The notes beneath the pieces are model-generated. The model ran no database searches and was not told the DNA's origin. It saw nothing but the letters and a program-made list of their open reading frames with translations. Shown piece after piece: positions 1-11,100 of a DNA stretch of 64,000 nt (its first letter is position 1; every line of letters starts with the position of its first letter). The stretch is from Eledone cirrhosa (taxonomy: Eukaryota): contig OZ024748.1 of assembly GCA_964016885.1 (NCBI GenBank), positions 38,130,001-38,194,000 of the forward strand, read 5' to 3'. A program made the position numbers and the translations under genes.

Positions 1-135
1 GTATGTATGTATGTATGTATGTATGTATGTATGTATGTATGTATGTGTGCATGTATCTGTGCATGTATGTATGCATGTGTGTACGTATGTATACATATGT
101 GTATGCATATATGTGTGTGTGTATGTCTGTATGTA
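1..135. repeat. (TATG)n microsatellite decaying into TG/TA mixed repeat
   Basis: Perfect GTAT units at 1-44, then degenerate alternating purine-pyrimidine sequence. Confidence 0.95.
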
Positions 136-177
136 CGCTTGCCACTCAGAAGACCTCCCACCCAACCAATATATAAA

Positions 178-1300
178 ACAAACAACAACAACAACAGTAC
201 CAAGAACACTAACAAAAAACCCTCGATCACCATCAACAACAACAACACCAACAACAACAACACCAATAGTCCTACTAAACAGTAACAACAACAACAACAG
301 TAACAACAATAGTAACAACAACAGTAACAACAACAGTAACAACAACAACAACAGTAACAACAACAGTAACAACAACAACAGTAACAACAGCAGTAACAAC
401 AACAGTAACAACAACAACAGTAACAACAACAGTAACAACAACAACAGTAACAACAATAGTAACAACAGTAACAACAACAACAACAACAGTAACAACAACA
501 ACAGTATCAACAACAACAACAACAATAGTAACAACAACAACAGTAACAACAACAACAGTAACAACAACAGTAACAACAACAACAACAGTAACAACAACAA
601 CAGTAACAACAACAACAACAGTAACAACAACAACAGTAACAACAACAGTAACAACAACAGTAACAACAACAACAGTAACAACAACAACAGTAACAACAAC
701 AACAACAACAGTAACAACAACAGTAATAACAAAAACAGTAACAACAACACTAACAACAACAACAACAACAGTAACAACAACAACAACAGTAACAACAACA
801 GTAACAACAACAACAGTAACAACAGTAACAACAGTAACAACAACACTAACAACAACAACAACAGTAACAACAACAGTAACAACAACAACAGTAACAACAG
901 TAACAACAACAGTAACAACAACAGCAGTAACAACAACAGTAACAACAACAGTAACAACAACAGCAGTAACAACAACAGTAACAACAACAACAGTAACAAC
1001 AGCAGTAACAACAACAGCAGTAACAACAGTAACAACAACAACAGTAACAACAGCAGTAACAACAACAGTAACAACAACAACAGTAACAACAGTAACAACA
1101 ACAGTAACAACAACAACATTAACAACAACAACAGTAACAACAACAGTAACAACAACAACAGTAACAACAGTAACAACAACAGTAACAACAACAGTAACAA
1201 CAACACCAACACCAACAACAATACTACCAACAACACCACCAGCACCACTAACAACAACAGCACCAACACCAACAACACCACTAAAAACGCCACCAACAAC
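178..1300. repeat. Compound trinucleotide repeat: short (AAC) runs punctuated by AGT
   Basis: AAC runs interrupted in frame by AGT/AGC, purest at ~278-1205. It produces the spurious poly-Asn/Ser and poly-Val/Thr ORFs. Confidence 0.97.
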
Positions 1301-1505
1301 AACACACATCCTACCCCCACCTAATCCCCACCAACAACAACACCAACACCACCACCACCAATATCCCCCCCTACCACCACCACCACCCCACCCCCTACCA
1401 CCCCCACCACCCCACCCCCTACCACCCCCACCACCAACAACAACACCCCCCACCAACACCACCAACAACAACAACAACCCACCGACAACCCCCCCACCAC
1501 CACCA
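1301..1505. repeat. C-rich degenerate (ACC/CCA)n low-complexity tract
   Basis: Gradual AAC to ACC to CCC transition continuing the upstream repeat; G-rich on the minus strand. Confidence 0.9.
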
Positions 1506-1570
1506 ATCTGACATCATCCAATGAAGCTGTAGTGTAAACTAAATGGACCATATGTTGTTTATATGGTGTA

Positions 1571-1644
1571 AATAAAACAATTCCGGTGTGTATATACTGT
1601 ATACTGTAATAAAACAATTCCGGTGTGTATATACTGTATACTGT
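1571..1644. repeat. Perfect 37-bp tandem duplication
   Basis: AATAAAACAATTCCGGTGTGTATATACTGTATACTGT at 1571-1607 and 1608-1644. Confidence 0.95.
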
Positions 1645-1734
1645 TATATTTCCTTTCTACATATACATATATACGTATGTATCTATATATATGTCTGTCT
1701 GTCTGTATGTATATATGTATGTATGTATGTATCT

Positions 1735-2006
1735 GGAGATCTCTCTGCACTTGTCGTCACATGGTACCATGGGCCCAGCACCATGTATCAGTAATTGTCA
1801 CAAGTGTAGTGTTTGTACCAGAGTTTTCAAATCGCTGGCTGGACTATAAAGTCACACTCGTTCAGCGCATCGGTAGGGGTTCTCCTACATGGATATAAAG
1901 TAGTGGCCGTACTCGAAAACGAGTTGGCAGCCACCATGTATGTATGTATGTATGTATGTATGTATGTATGTATGTATGTATGTATGTATGTATGTATGTA
2001 TGTATG

Positions 2007-2035
<29 letters not shown>
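1735..2035 (+). mobile_element. 5'-truncated RTE-like LINE 3' end (copy 1) with (ATGT)n tail
   Basis: 1799-1876 reads HKCSVCTRVFKSLAGL*SHTRSAHR*, a C2H2 finger with an in-frame stop like the one ending RTE-clade ORFs. It is followed by a short 3' UTR with a stem-loop (1903-1934) and (ATGT)n at 1936-2035. Confidence 0.75.
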
Positions 2036-2037
<2 letters not shown>

Positions 2038-2216
2038 CACAAGTACATGAATTCCAACATGAACTCTAACCACGGCCGGCTATTCCCAGTGAATGTTTTG
2101 GTTGCTGACTCTGTGCAAGACATTGTAGATCATTGGCTGGGCTAAAAAGCCACATTCGATCGCAGCACAGTTAGTTGCTATCGTGTGTGTGTGTATAGAT
2201 ATGTTTGTGTGTGTGC

Positions 2217-2251
<35 letters not shown>

Positions 2252-2550
2252 GATAGATGTGTGTGTATAGTATTATTGTTGTTGTTGTCGTTATTATTAT
2301 TGTTGCTATCACTATTATTATTATTGTTAATATATATGTTTGTGTGTGTATATGTATATATATATATATATGTATATGTATGTATATATATTTTTTTTTT
2401 TCTCGTGCAATGGCCATACTCGATAACGAGGGGGCAGCCATCATGTATAATATGTATGTATGTCTGTCTGTATGTATGTCTGTATGTATGTATGAATGTA
2501 TGTATGTATGTATGTATGTATGTATGTGTGAATGTATGTCTCTATGTATG
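2036..2550 (+). mobile_element. 5'-truncated RTE-like LINE 3' end (copy 2), 3' UTR interrupted by microsatellites
   Basis: 2103-2174 reads C*LCARHCRSLAGLKSHIRSQHS*. A homologous 3' stem-loop ATGGCCATACTCGATAACGAGGGGGCAGCCAT lies at 2410-2441, followed by degenerate (TATG)n. 2181-2400 is inserted TG/TA/TTA repeat. Confidence 0.72.
2181..2400. repeat. Compound (TG)n/(TA)n/(TTA,TTG)n/poly-T microsatellite
   Basis: Directly visible; splits LINE copy 2 between its stop codon and its 3' hairpin. Confidence 0.9.
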
Positions 2551-2580
2551 CACCTAATTATTCAGTTCATGTATCTGTGT

Positions 2581-2654
<74 letters not shown>
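2581..2654. repeat. (GA)n microsatellite
   Basis: Near-perfect GA run. Confidence 0.97.
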
Positions 2655-2656
<2 letters not shown>

Positions 2657-2767
2657 TGTATGTGAGTGTGTGTATATATATGGGCGTGTGTGTATCCTTG
2701 TCAGCAATTGCTAGGCAAGTGATAAGGATGTTTTCTTTTGTCGGCTGCCTGGGATGCAGATCAGTTT

Positions 2768-3430
<663 letters not shown>

Positions 3431-3460
3431 AAACAATATTATATTATCTCCTAACAACCT

Positions 3461-3523
3461 AGGCAATTCCTTACCAGTGGTTTCTTAAAGCAAAAAGCTT
3501 TGCTTTCATCATCAGAAAATCCT
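3461..3523 (-). ncRNA. Putative minimal type I hammerhead ribozyme (HHR-A)
   Basis: Minus strand: AGGAUUUU-CUGAUGA(3515-3509)-U-G-AAAGCAAA-gcuu-UUUGCUUU-A-A-GAAA(3484-3481)-CCACUGG-U-A-AGGAAUUGCCU. The core is intact, stem III is the near-palindrome ACCACUGGU and the triplet is GUA. Stem I is weak (G-U rich). Confidence 0.7.
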
Positions 3524-3611
3524 GGTGTATTATTGATATTGATTCTAAAACAAAAATGCAATCTATATGAAGAGGTGAGGCTGAGAAGGAAGGAAGGAAC
3601 ATAAAATAAAA

Positions 3612-3931
3612 ACACACATGCAAACACACACACACACACACACAATCTATACATACACACATATATATATATACATACACACATATATACACACACACAT
3701 ATACACATATATATGTGTATATATATACATACACATACATATACACATACATAGATACACACATAAATATCAACATATCCATACATACAACCACACACAT
3801 ATATCCATATATACATAGAAATATAAATATATATATATATGCATACACACACACATACATAGCCATACACACATACATATACATACATACATACATACAT
3901 ACATACACACAATCATACGTATATACACACG

Positions 3932-4026
<95 letters not shown>
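3612..4026. repeat. Mixed (CA)/(CATA)/(TA)n low-complexity tract ending in pure (TA)n
   Basis: Directly visible; 3755-3947 is the left arm of an inverted duplication. Confidence 0.93.
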
Positions 4027-4028
<2 letters not shown>

Positions 4029-4351
4029 GATATTAATAAATGGAAACTATATTTATAAAACCATATTTATTTCATTATACATATTTCAGGGATACCAAAT
4101 TAAATTACGGTATGCCTTCATCAGACAAAATACAATATATAACAGTTTTACAAATAGGCTTTGACGTACCCTTTTAAAATGCAACCATTATTTTTGGAAG
4201 CCATGGCTTCCAAAAATGAAATAAATATGGTTTTATAAATATAGTTTCCATTTATTAATATCGTATATCTACTCCAAATACTTGTCGAGTGCTTTATATC
4301 AGTTATAAAAATATTTACTTGTTGTATCCCAACAATTTTAAATAGAACTTT

Positions 4352-4354
<3 letters not shown>
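4023..4354. mobile_element. Penelope pLTR/retrozyme-like element, family B copy 1 (inverted 5' part + forward 3' part)
   Basis: Perfect 54-bp inverted repeat (4023-4076 vs 4215-4268), hammerhead on the minus strand and a 28-bp palindrome at the junction (4190-4217). Flanked by (TA)n on both sides, with homologues at 4987-5081 and 37899-38144. Confidence 0.68.
4068..4132 (-). ncRNA. Putative minimal type I hammerhead ribozyme (HHR-B)
   Basis: Minus strand: UAUUUUGU-CUGAUGA(4124-4118)-AGGCAUACC-guaauuuaauuu-GGUAUCCCU-GAAA(4087-4084)-UAUGUA-U-A-AUGAAAUA. Stem I has 8 bp, stem II has one C-C mismatch and stem III is the quasi-palindrome AUAUGUAU. Predicted cut is between 4076 and 4075. Confidence 0.8.

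Positions 4355-4404
<50 letters not shown>
4355..4404. repeat. (TA)n microsatellite
   Basis: Pure TA run separating two hammerhead-bearing elements. Confidence 0.97.
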
Positions 4405-4407
<3 letters not shown>

Positions 4408-4480
4408 GGAGGTGAGTTTTATGTTGATTTAAAACTGAACTATCCACAAGTGTTTTTTAATCTTTATATCATGTCTTCCC

Positions 4481-4549
4481 GTTTTATCTGATGAAAACAC
4501 AAATATTATTGCATGATGATATTTGTTTTTGAAATGCGCATAATAAAAT
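4481..4549 (+). ncRNA. Putative minimal type I hammerhead ribozyme (HHR-C)
   Basis: GUUUUAU(4481-87)-CUGAUGA(4488-94)-16-position stem II with one mismatch and a GCAU loop (4495-4530)-GAAA(4531-34)-UGCGCA-U-A(4542)-AUAAAAU(4543-49). Stem III is the perfect palindrome AUGCGCAU. Confidence 0.85.
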
Positions 4550-4808
4550 ACATGGAACTCTTTTAACCATCTTTTGTTCTTATATATTATATATATATGT
4601 ATGTACGTGTGTATATATGTATGATTGTGTGTATGTATGTATGTATATGTATGTGTGTATGGCTATGTATGTGTATGTGTATGCATATATATATATATAT
4701 TTATATTTATATATATATATGTATATATATGTGTGTGGTTGTATGTATGGATATGTTGATATTTATGTGTGTATGTATGTGTATATCTATGTGTATGTAT
4801 GTATGTAT

Positions 4809-5081
<273 letters not shown>

Positions 5082-5129
5082 TATATATATATATAGCCTC
5101 TAGCTACAGCATAGCTGGTCGTTAGCTGG

Positions 5130-8100
5130 ATGGCTGGGTGGTTGGTTGGTAGGATGGTTGGATGGTTGGTTGGGTGGTTGGTTGGTTGGTTGGAGGGTTG
5201 GTTGGGTGGTTGGTTGGTTGGTTGGATGGTTGGTTGGGTGGTTGGTTGGTTGGTTGGATGGTTGGTTGGGTGGTTGGTTGGTTGGTTGGAGGGTTGGTTG
5301 GGTGGTTGGTTGGTTGGTTGGATGGTTGGTTGGATGGTTGGTTGGTAGGATGGTTGGTTAGTTGGTTGAAGATTGAATGGTTGGTTGGTAGGATGGTTGG
5401 ATGGTTGGTTGGTTGGTAGGATGGTAGGTTGGTTGGTTGAAGATTGAATGGTTGGTTGGTAGGATGGTTGGATGGTTGGTTGGTTGGATGGTTGGTTGGT
5501 TGGTCGAAGATTGAATGGTTGGTTGGTAGGATGGTAGGTTGGTTGGTTGGTTGGTTGGTTGGTTGGAGGGTTGGTTGGGTGGTTGGTTGGTTGGTTGGAT
5601 GGTTGGTTGGGTGGTTGGTTGGTTGGTTGGATGGTTGGTTGGGTGGTTGGTTGGTTGGTTGGAGGGTTGGTTGGGTGGTTGGTTGGTTGGTTGGATGGTT
5701 GGTTGGGTGGTTGGATGGTTGGATGGTTGGTTGGGTGGTTGGTTGGTTGGTTGGAGGGTTGGTTGGGTGGTTGGTTGGTTGGTTGGATGGTTGGTTGGTA
5801 GGATGGTTGGTTAGTTGGTTGAAGATTGAATGGTTGGTTGGTAGGATGGTTGGATGGTTGGTTGGTTGGTAGGATGGTAGGTTGGTTGGTTGAAGATTGA
5901 ATGGTTGGTTGGTAGGATGGTTGGATGGTTGGTTGGTTGGATGGTTGGTTGGTTGGTCGAAGATTGAATGGTTGGTTGGTAGGATGGTAGGTTGGTTGGT
6001 TGGTTGGTTGGTTGGTTGAAGATTGAATGGTTGGTTGGTAGGATGGTTGCATGGTTGGTTGGTTGGTTGGTTGAAGATTGAATGTTTGGTTGGTAGGATG
6101 GTTGGATGGTTGGTTGGTTGGTTGGTTGGTTGGTTGGTTGGTTGGTTGGTTGGTTGGTTGGTTGGTTGGATGGTTGGTTGGTTGGTTGGTTGGTTGGCTG
6201 GTTGGTTGGTTGGTTGGTTGAAGATTGAATGGTTGGTTGGTAGGATGGTTGGTTGGTTGGTTGGTTGGTTGAAGATTGAATGTTTGGTTGGTAGGATGGT
6301 TGGTTGGTTGGTTGGTTGGTTGGTTGGATGGTTGGTTGAAGATTGAATGGTTGGTTGGTAGGATGGTTGAATGGTTGGTTGGTTGGTTGGTTGAAAATTG
6401 AATGGTTGGTTGGTAGGATGGTTGGTTGGTTGGTTGGTTGGTTGGTTGGTTGGTTGGTTGGTTGGTTGAAGATTGAATGGTTGGTTGGTAGGATGGTTGA
6501 ATGGTTGGTTGGTTGAAGAGTGAATGTTTGGTTGTTAGGATGGTTGATTGGTTGGTTGGTTGGTTGGTTGGTTGGTTGGTTGAAGATTGAATGTTTGGTT
6601 GGTAGGATGGTTGGATGGTTGGTTGGTTGGTTGGTTAGTTGGATGGTTGGTTGAAGATTGAATGGTTGGTTGGTAGGATGGTTGAATGGTTGGTTGGTTG
6701 GTTGGTTGAAAATTGAATGGTTGGTTGGTAGGATGGTTGGTTGGTTGGTTGGTTGGTGGGTTGGTTGGTTGGTTGGTTGGTTGGTTGGTTGAAGATTGAA
6801 TGGTTGGTTGGTAGGATGGTTGAAGATTGAATGTTTGGTTGGTAGGATGGATGGATGGCTGGATACTTGGCTGGCTGGTTGGTTGAAGATTGAATGGTTG
6901 GTTGGTAGTATGGTTGGCTGGTTGGTTGGTTGGTTGGTTGGTCGGTTGGATGGTTGGTTGAAGATTGAATGGTTGGTTGGTAGGATGGTTGGATGGTTGG
7001 ATGGTTGGCTGGTTGGTTGAAGATTGAATGTTTGGTTGGTAGTATGGTTGGCTGGTTGGTTGGTTGGTTGGTTGGTCGGTTGGATGGTTGGTTGAAGATT
7101 GAATGGTTGGTTGGTAGGATGGTTGAATCGTTGGGTGGTTGGTTGAAGATTGAATGGGTGGTTGGTAGGATGGTTGAATGGTTGGTTGGTTGGTTGAAGA
7201 TTGAATGGTTGGTTGGTAGGATGGTTGAATGGTTGGGTGGTTGGTTGAAGATTGAATGGTTGGTTGGTAGGATGGTTGAATGGTTGGTTGGTTGGTTGAA
7301 GATTGAATGTTTGGTTGGTAGGATGGATGGATGGCTGGATAGTTGGCTGGCTGGTTGGTTGAAGATTGAATGGTTGGTTGGTAGGATGGTTGAATGGTTG
7401 GTTGGTTGGTTGAAGATTGAATGTTTGGTTGGTAGGATGGTTGAATGGTTGGGTGGTTGGTTGAAGATTGAATGGTTGGTTGGTAGGATGGTTGAATGGT
7501 TGGTTGGTTGGTTGAAGATTGAATGTTTGGTTGGTAGGATGGATGGATGGCTGGATAGTTGGCTGGCTGGTTGGTTGAAGATTGAATGGTTGGTTGGTAG
7601 GATGGTTGAATGGTTGGGTGGTTGGTTGAAGATTGAATGGTTGGTTGGTAGGATGGTTGAATGGTTGGGTGGTTGGTTGAAGAGTGAATGTTTGGTTGTT
7701 AGGATGGTTGGTTGGTTGTTTGGTTGGTTGAAGATTGAATGGTTGGTTGGTAGGATGGTTGGTTGGTTGGTTGGTTGGTTGGTTGGTTGGTCGGTTGGAT
7801 GGTTGGTTGAAGATTGAATGGTTGGTAGGATGGTTGAATGGTTGGTTGGTTGGTTGGTTGAAAATTGAATGGTTGGTTGGTAGGATGGTTGGTTGGTTGG
7901 TTGGTTGGTTGGTTGGTTGGTTGGTTGGTTGGTTGGTTGGTTGGTTGGTTGGTTGGTTGGTTGAAGATTGAATGGTTGGTTGGTAGGATGGTTGAATGGT
8001 TGGTTGGTTGGTTGAAGATTGAATGGTTGGTTGGTAGGATGGTTGGATGGTTGGATGGTTGGTTGGTTGGTCGGTTGGATGGTTGGTTGAAGATTGAATG

Positions 8101-11100
8101 TTTGGTTGGTAGTATGGTTGGCTGGTTGGTTGAAGATTGAATGTTTGGTTGGTAGTATGGTTGGCTGGTTGGTTGAAGATTGAATGTTTGGTTGGTAGTA
8201 TGGTTGGCTGGTTGGTTGGTTGGTTGGTTGGTCGGTTGGATGGTTGGTTGAAGATTGAATGGTTGGTTGGTAGGATGGTTGAATGGTTGGGTGGTTGGTT
8301 GAAGATTGAATGGGTGGTTGGTAGGATGGTTGAATGGTTGGTTGGTTGGTTGAAGATTGAATGTTTGGTTGGTAGGATGGTTGGTTGGTTGGTTGGTTGG
8401 TTGGTTGGCTGGTTGGTTGGTTGAAGATTGAATGGTTGGTTGGTAGGATGGATGGATGGCTGGATGGTTGGCTCGTTGGTTGGTTGAAGATTGAATGGTT
8501 GGTTGGTAGGATGGATGGTTGGATGGTGGGTTGGTTGGTTGAAGATTGAATGGTTGGTTGGTAGGATGGTTGGATGGTTGGTTGGTTGAAGATTGAATGG
8601 TTGGTTGGTAGGATGGTTGGATGGTTGGTTGGTTGGTTGGTTGGTTGGTTGGTTGAAGATTGAATGGTTGGTTGGTAGGATGGTTGGTTGGATGGTTGGT
8701 TGGTTGTTTGAAGATTGAATGGTTGGTTGGTAGGATGGTTGGCTGGTTGGTTGGTTGGTTGGTTGGTTGGTTGAAGATTGAATGGTTGGTTGGTAAGTTG
8801 GTTGGTTGGTTTGTTGGTTGGTTGGTTGGTTGGTTGGTTGGTTGGTTGGTTGGTTGAAGATTGAATGGTTGGTTGGTAGGATGGTTGGCTAGTTGGTTGG
8901 TTGGTTGGTTGGTTGAAGATTGAATGGTTGGTTGGTAAGTTGGTTGGTTGGTTTGTTGGATGGTTGGTTGAAGATTGAATGGTTGGTTGGTAGGATGCTT
9001 GGTTGGTTGGTTGGTTGAAGATTAAATGGTTGGTTGGTAGGATGGTTGGTTGGTTGGTTGGTTGAAGATTGAATGGTTGGTTGGTAGGATGGTTGGATGG
9101 TTGTTTGGTTGGTTGAAGATTGAATGTTTGGTTGGTAGGATGGTTGGTTGGTTGGCTGGTTGGTTGAAGATTGAATGGTTGGTTGGTAGGATGGTTGGTT
9201 GGTTGGTTGGTTGGTTGGTTGGTTGGTTGGTTGGTTGGTTGAAGATTGAATTGTTGGTTGGTTGGTTGGTTGGTTGGTTGGTTGAAGATTGAATGGTTGG
9301 TTGGTAAGTTGGTTGGTTGGTTGGTTGGTTGAAGATTGAATGGTTGGTTGGTAGGATGGTTGGTTGTTTGGTTTGTTGGTTGAAGATTGAATGGTTGGTT
9401 GGTAGGATGCTTGGTTGGTTGGTTGGTTGAAGATTGAATGGTTGGTTGGTAGGATGGTTGGTTGGTTGGTTGGTTGGTTGAAGATTGAATGGTTGGTTGG
9501 TAGGATGGTTGGTTGGTTGGTTGGTTGGTTGAAGATTGAATGGTTGGTTGGTAGGATGGTTGGTTGCTTGGTTTGTTGGTTGAAGATTGAATGGTTGGTT
9601 GGTAGGATGCTTGGTTAGTTGGTTGGTTGGTTAAAGATTGAATGGTTGGTTGGTAGGATGGTTGGTTGGTTGGTTGGTTGAAGATTGAATGGTTGGTTGG
9701 TTGGTTGGTTGAAGATTGAATGGTTGGTTGGTAGGATGGTTGGTTGGTTGGTTGGTTGGTTGGTTGGTTGGTTGGTTGAAGATTGAATTGTTGGTTGGTA
9801 CGATGGTTGGTTGGTTGGTTGGTTGGTTGAAGATTGAATGGTTGGTTGGTAAGTTGGTTGGTTGGTTGGTTGGTTGGTTGAAGATTGAATGTTTGGTTGG
9901 TAGGATAGATGGATGGTTGGTTGGTTGGTTGGTTGGTTGGTTGGATGGTTGGTTGAAGATTGAATGGTTGGTTGGTAGGATGGTTGGATGGTTGGTTGGT
10001 TGGTTGAAGATTGAATGGTTGGTTGGTAGGATGGTTGGATGGTTGGTTGGTTGGTTGGTTGGTTGGTTGGTTGGTTGGTTGGTTGAAGATTGAATGTTTG
10101 GTTGGTAGGATGGTTGGATGGTTGGTTGGTTGGTTGAAGATTGAATGGTTGGTTGGTAGGATGGTTGGATGGTTGGTTGGTTGGTTGGTTGAAGATTGAA
10201 TGTTTGGTTGGTAGGATGGTTGGATGGTTGGTTGGTTGGTTGGTTGGTTGGTTGGTTGGTTGGTTGGATGGTTGGTTGAAGATTGAATGGTTGGTTGGTA
10301 GGAAGGTTGAATGGTTGCTTGGTTGGTTGGTTGAAGATTGAATGTTTGGTTGGTAGGATGGTTGGTTGGTTGGTTGGTTGGTTGGTTGGTTGGTTGGTTG
10401 GATGGTTGGTTGAAGATTGAATGGTTGGTTGTTAGGATGGTTGAATGGTTGGTTGGTTGAAGATAGAATGTTTGGTTGGTAGTTTGGTTGGTGGGATGGA
10501 TGGATGGCTGGATGGTTGGCTGGTTGGTTGGTTGAAGATTGAATGGTTGGTTGGTAGGATGGATGGATGGCTGGATGGTTGGCTGGTTGGTTGGTTGAAG
10601 ATTGAATGGTTGGTTGGTAGGATGGATGGTTGGATGGTTGGTTGAAGATTGAATGGTTGGTTGGTAGGATGGATGGTTGGATGGTTGGTTGGTTGGTTGA
10701 AGATTGAATGGTTGGTAGGATGGATGGTTGGATGGTTGGATGGTTGGTTGGTTGGTTGATGATTGAATGGTTGGTTGGTAGGATGGATGGTTGGATGGTT
10801 GGTTGGTTGGTTGAAGATTGAATGGTTGGTTGGTAGGATGGATGGTTGGATGGTTGGTTGGTTGGTTGAAGATTGAATGGTTGGTTGGTAGGATGGTTGG
10901 ATGGTTGGTTGGTTGGTTGAAGATTGAATGGTTGGTTGGTAGGATGGTTGGATGGTTGGTTGGTTGGTTGAAGATTGAATGGTTAGTTGGTAGGATGGTT
11001 AGTTGGTTGGTTGGTTGAAGATTGAATGGTTAGTTGGTAGGATGGTTGGATGGTTGGTTGGTTGGTTGAAGATTGAATGGTTGGTTGGTAGGATGGATGG

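Larger units (their letters stand above)
3755..4774. repeat. Inverted repeat pair, arms ~3755-3947 and ~4591-4774
   Basis: Diagnostic words match in reverse complement and in order: CATAAATATCAACATATCCATACATACAACCAC / GTGGTTGTATGTATGGATATGTTGATATTTATG, CATAGCCATAC / GTATGGCTATG, CAATCATAC / GTATGATTG, CACGTAC / GTACGTG. Confidence 0.88.

Noticed and set aside
11-1477. 437-aa Asn/Ser-rich ORF and antisense 400-aa Val/Thr ORF
   Set aside because: Stop-free frames of an (AAC)n/AGT microsatellite with an ATG supplied by (TATG)n; no domain or codon variety.
1799-2174. Host C2H2 zinc-finger gene exons
   Set aside because: Single fingers with in-frame stops and no TGEKP linkers, each followed by a stop, a hairpin and a simple-repeat tail, which fits LINE 3' ends better.
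2693-2730. Hairpin ATCCTTGTCA...TGATAAGGAT with inner palindrome AGCAATTGCT
   Set aside because: Single occurrence with no ribozyme core or recognisable RNA family; could be a repeat remnant or chance.
4023-4268. MITE with 54-bp TIRs
   Set aside because: Homology to other copies continues ~85 bp beyond the right 'TIR', and the repeat begins at a ribozyme cut site. An inversion within a retroelement explains it better, though a MITE is not fully excluded.
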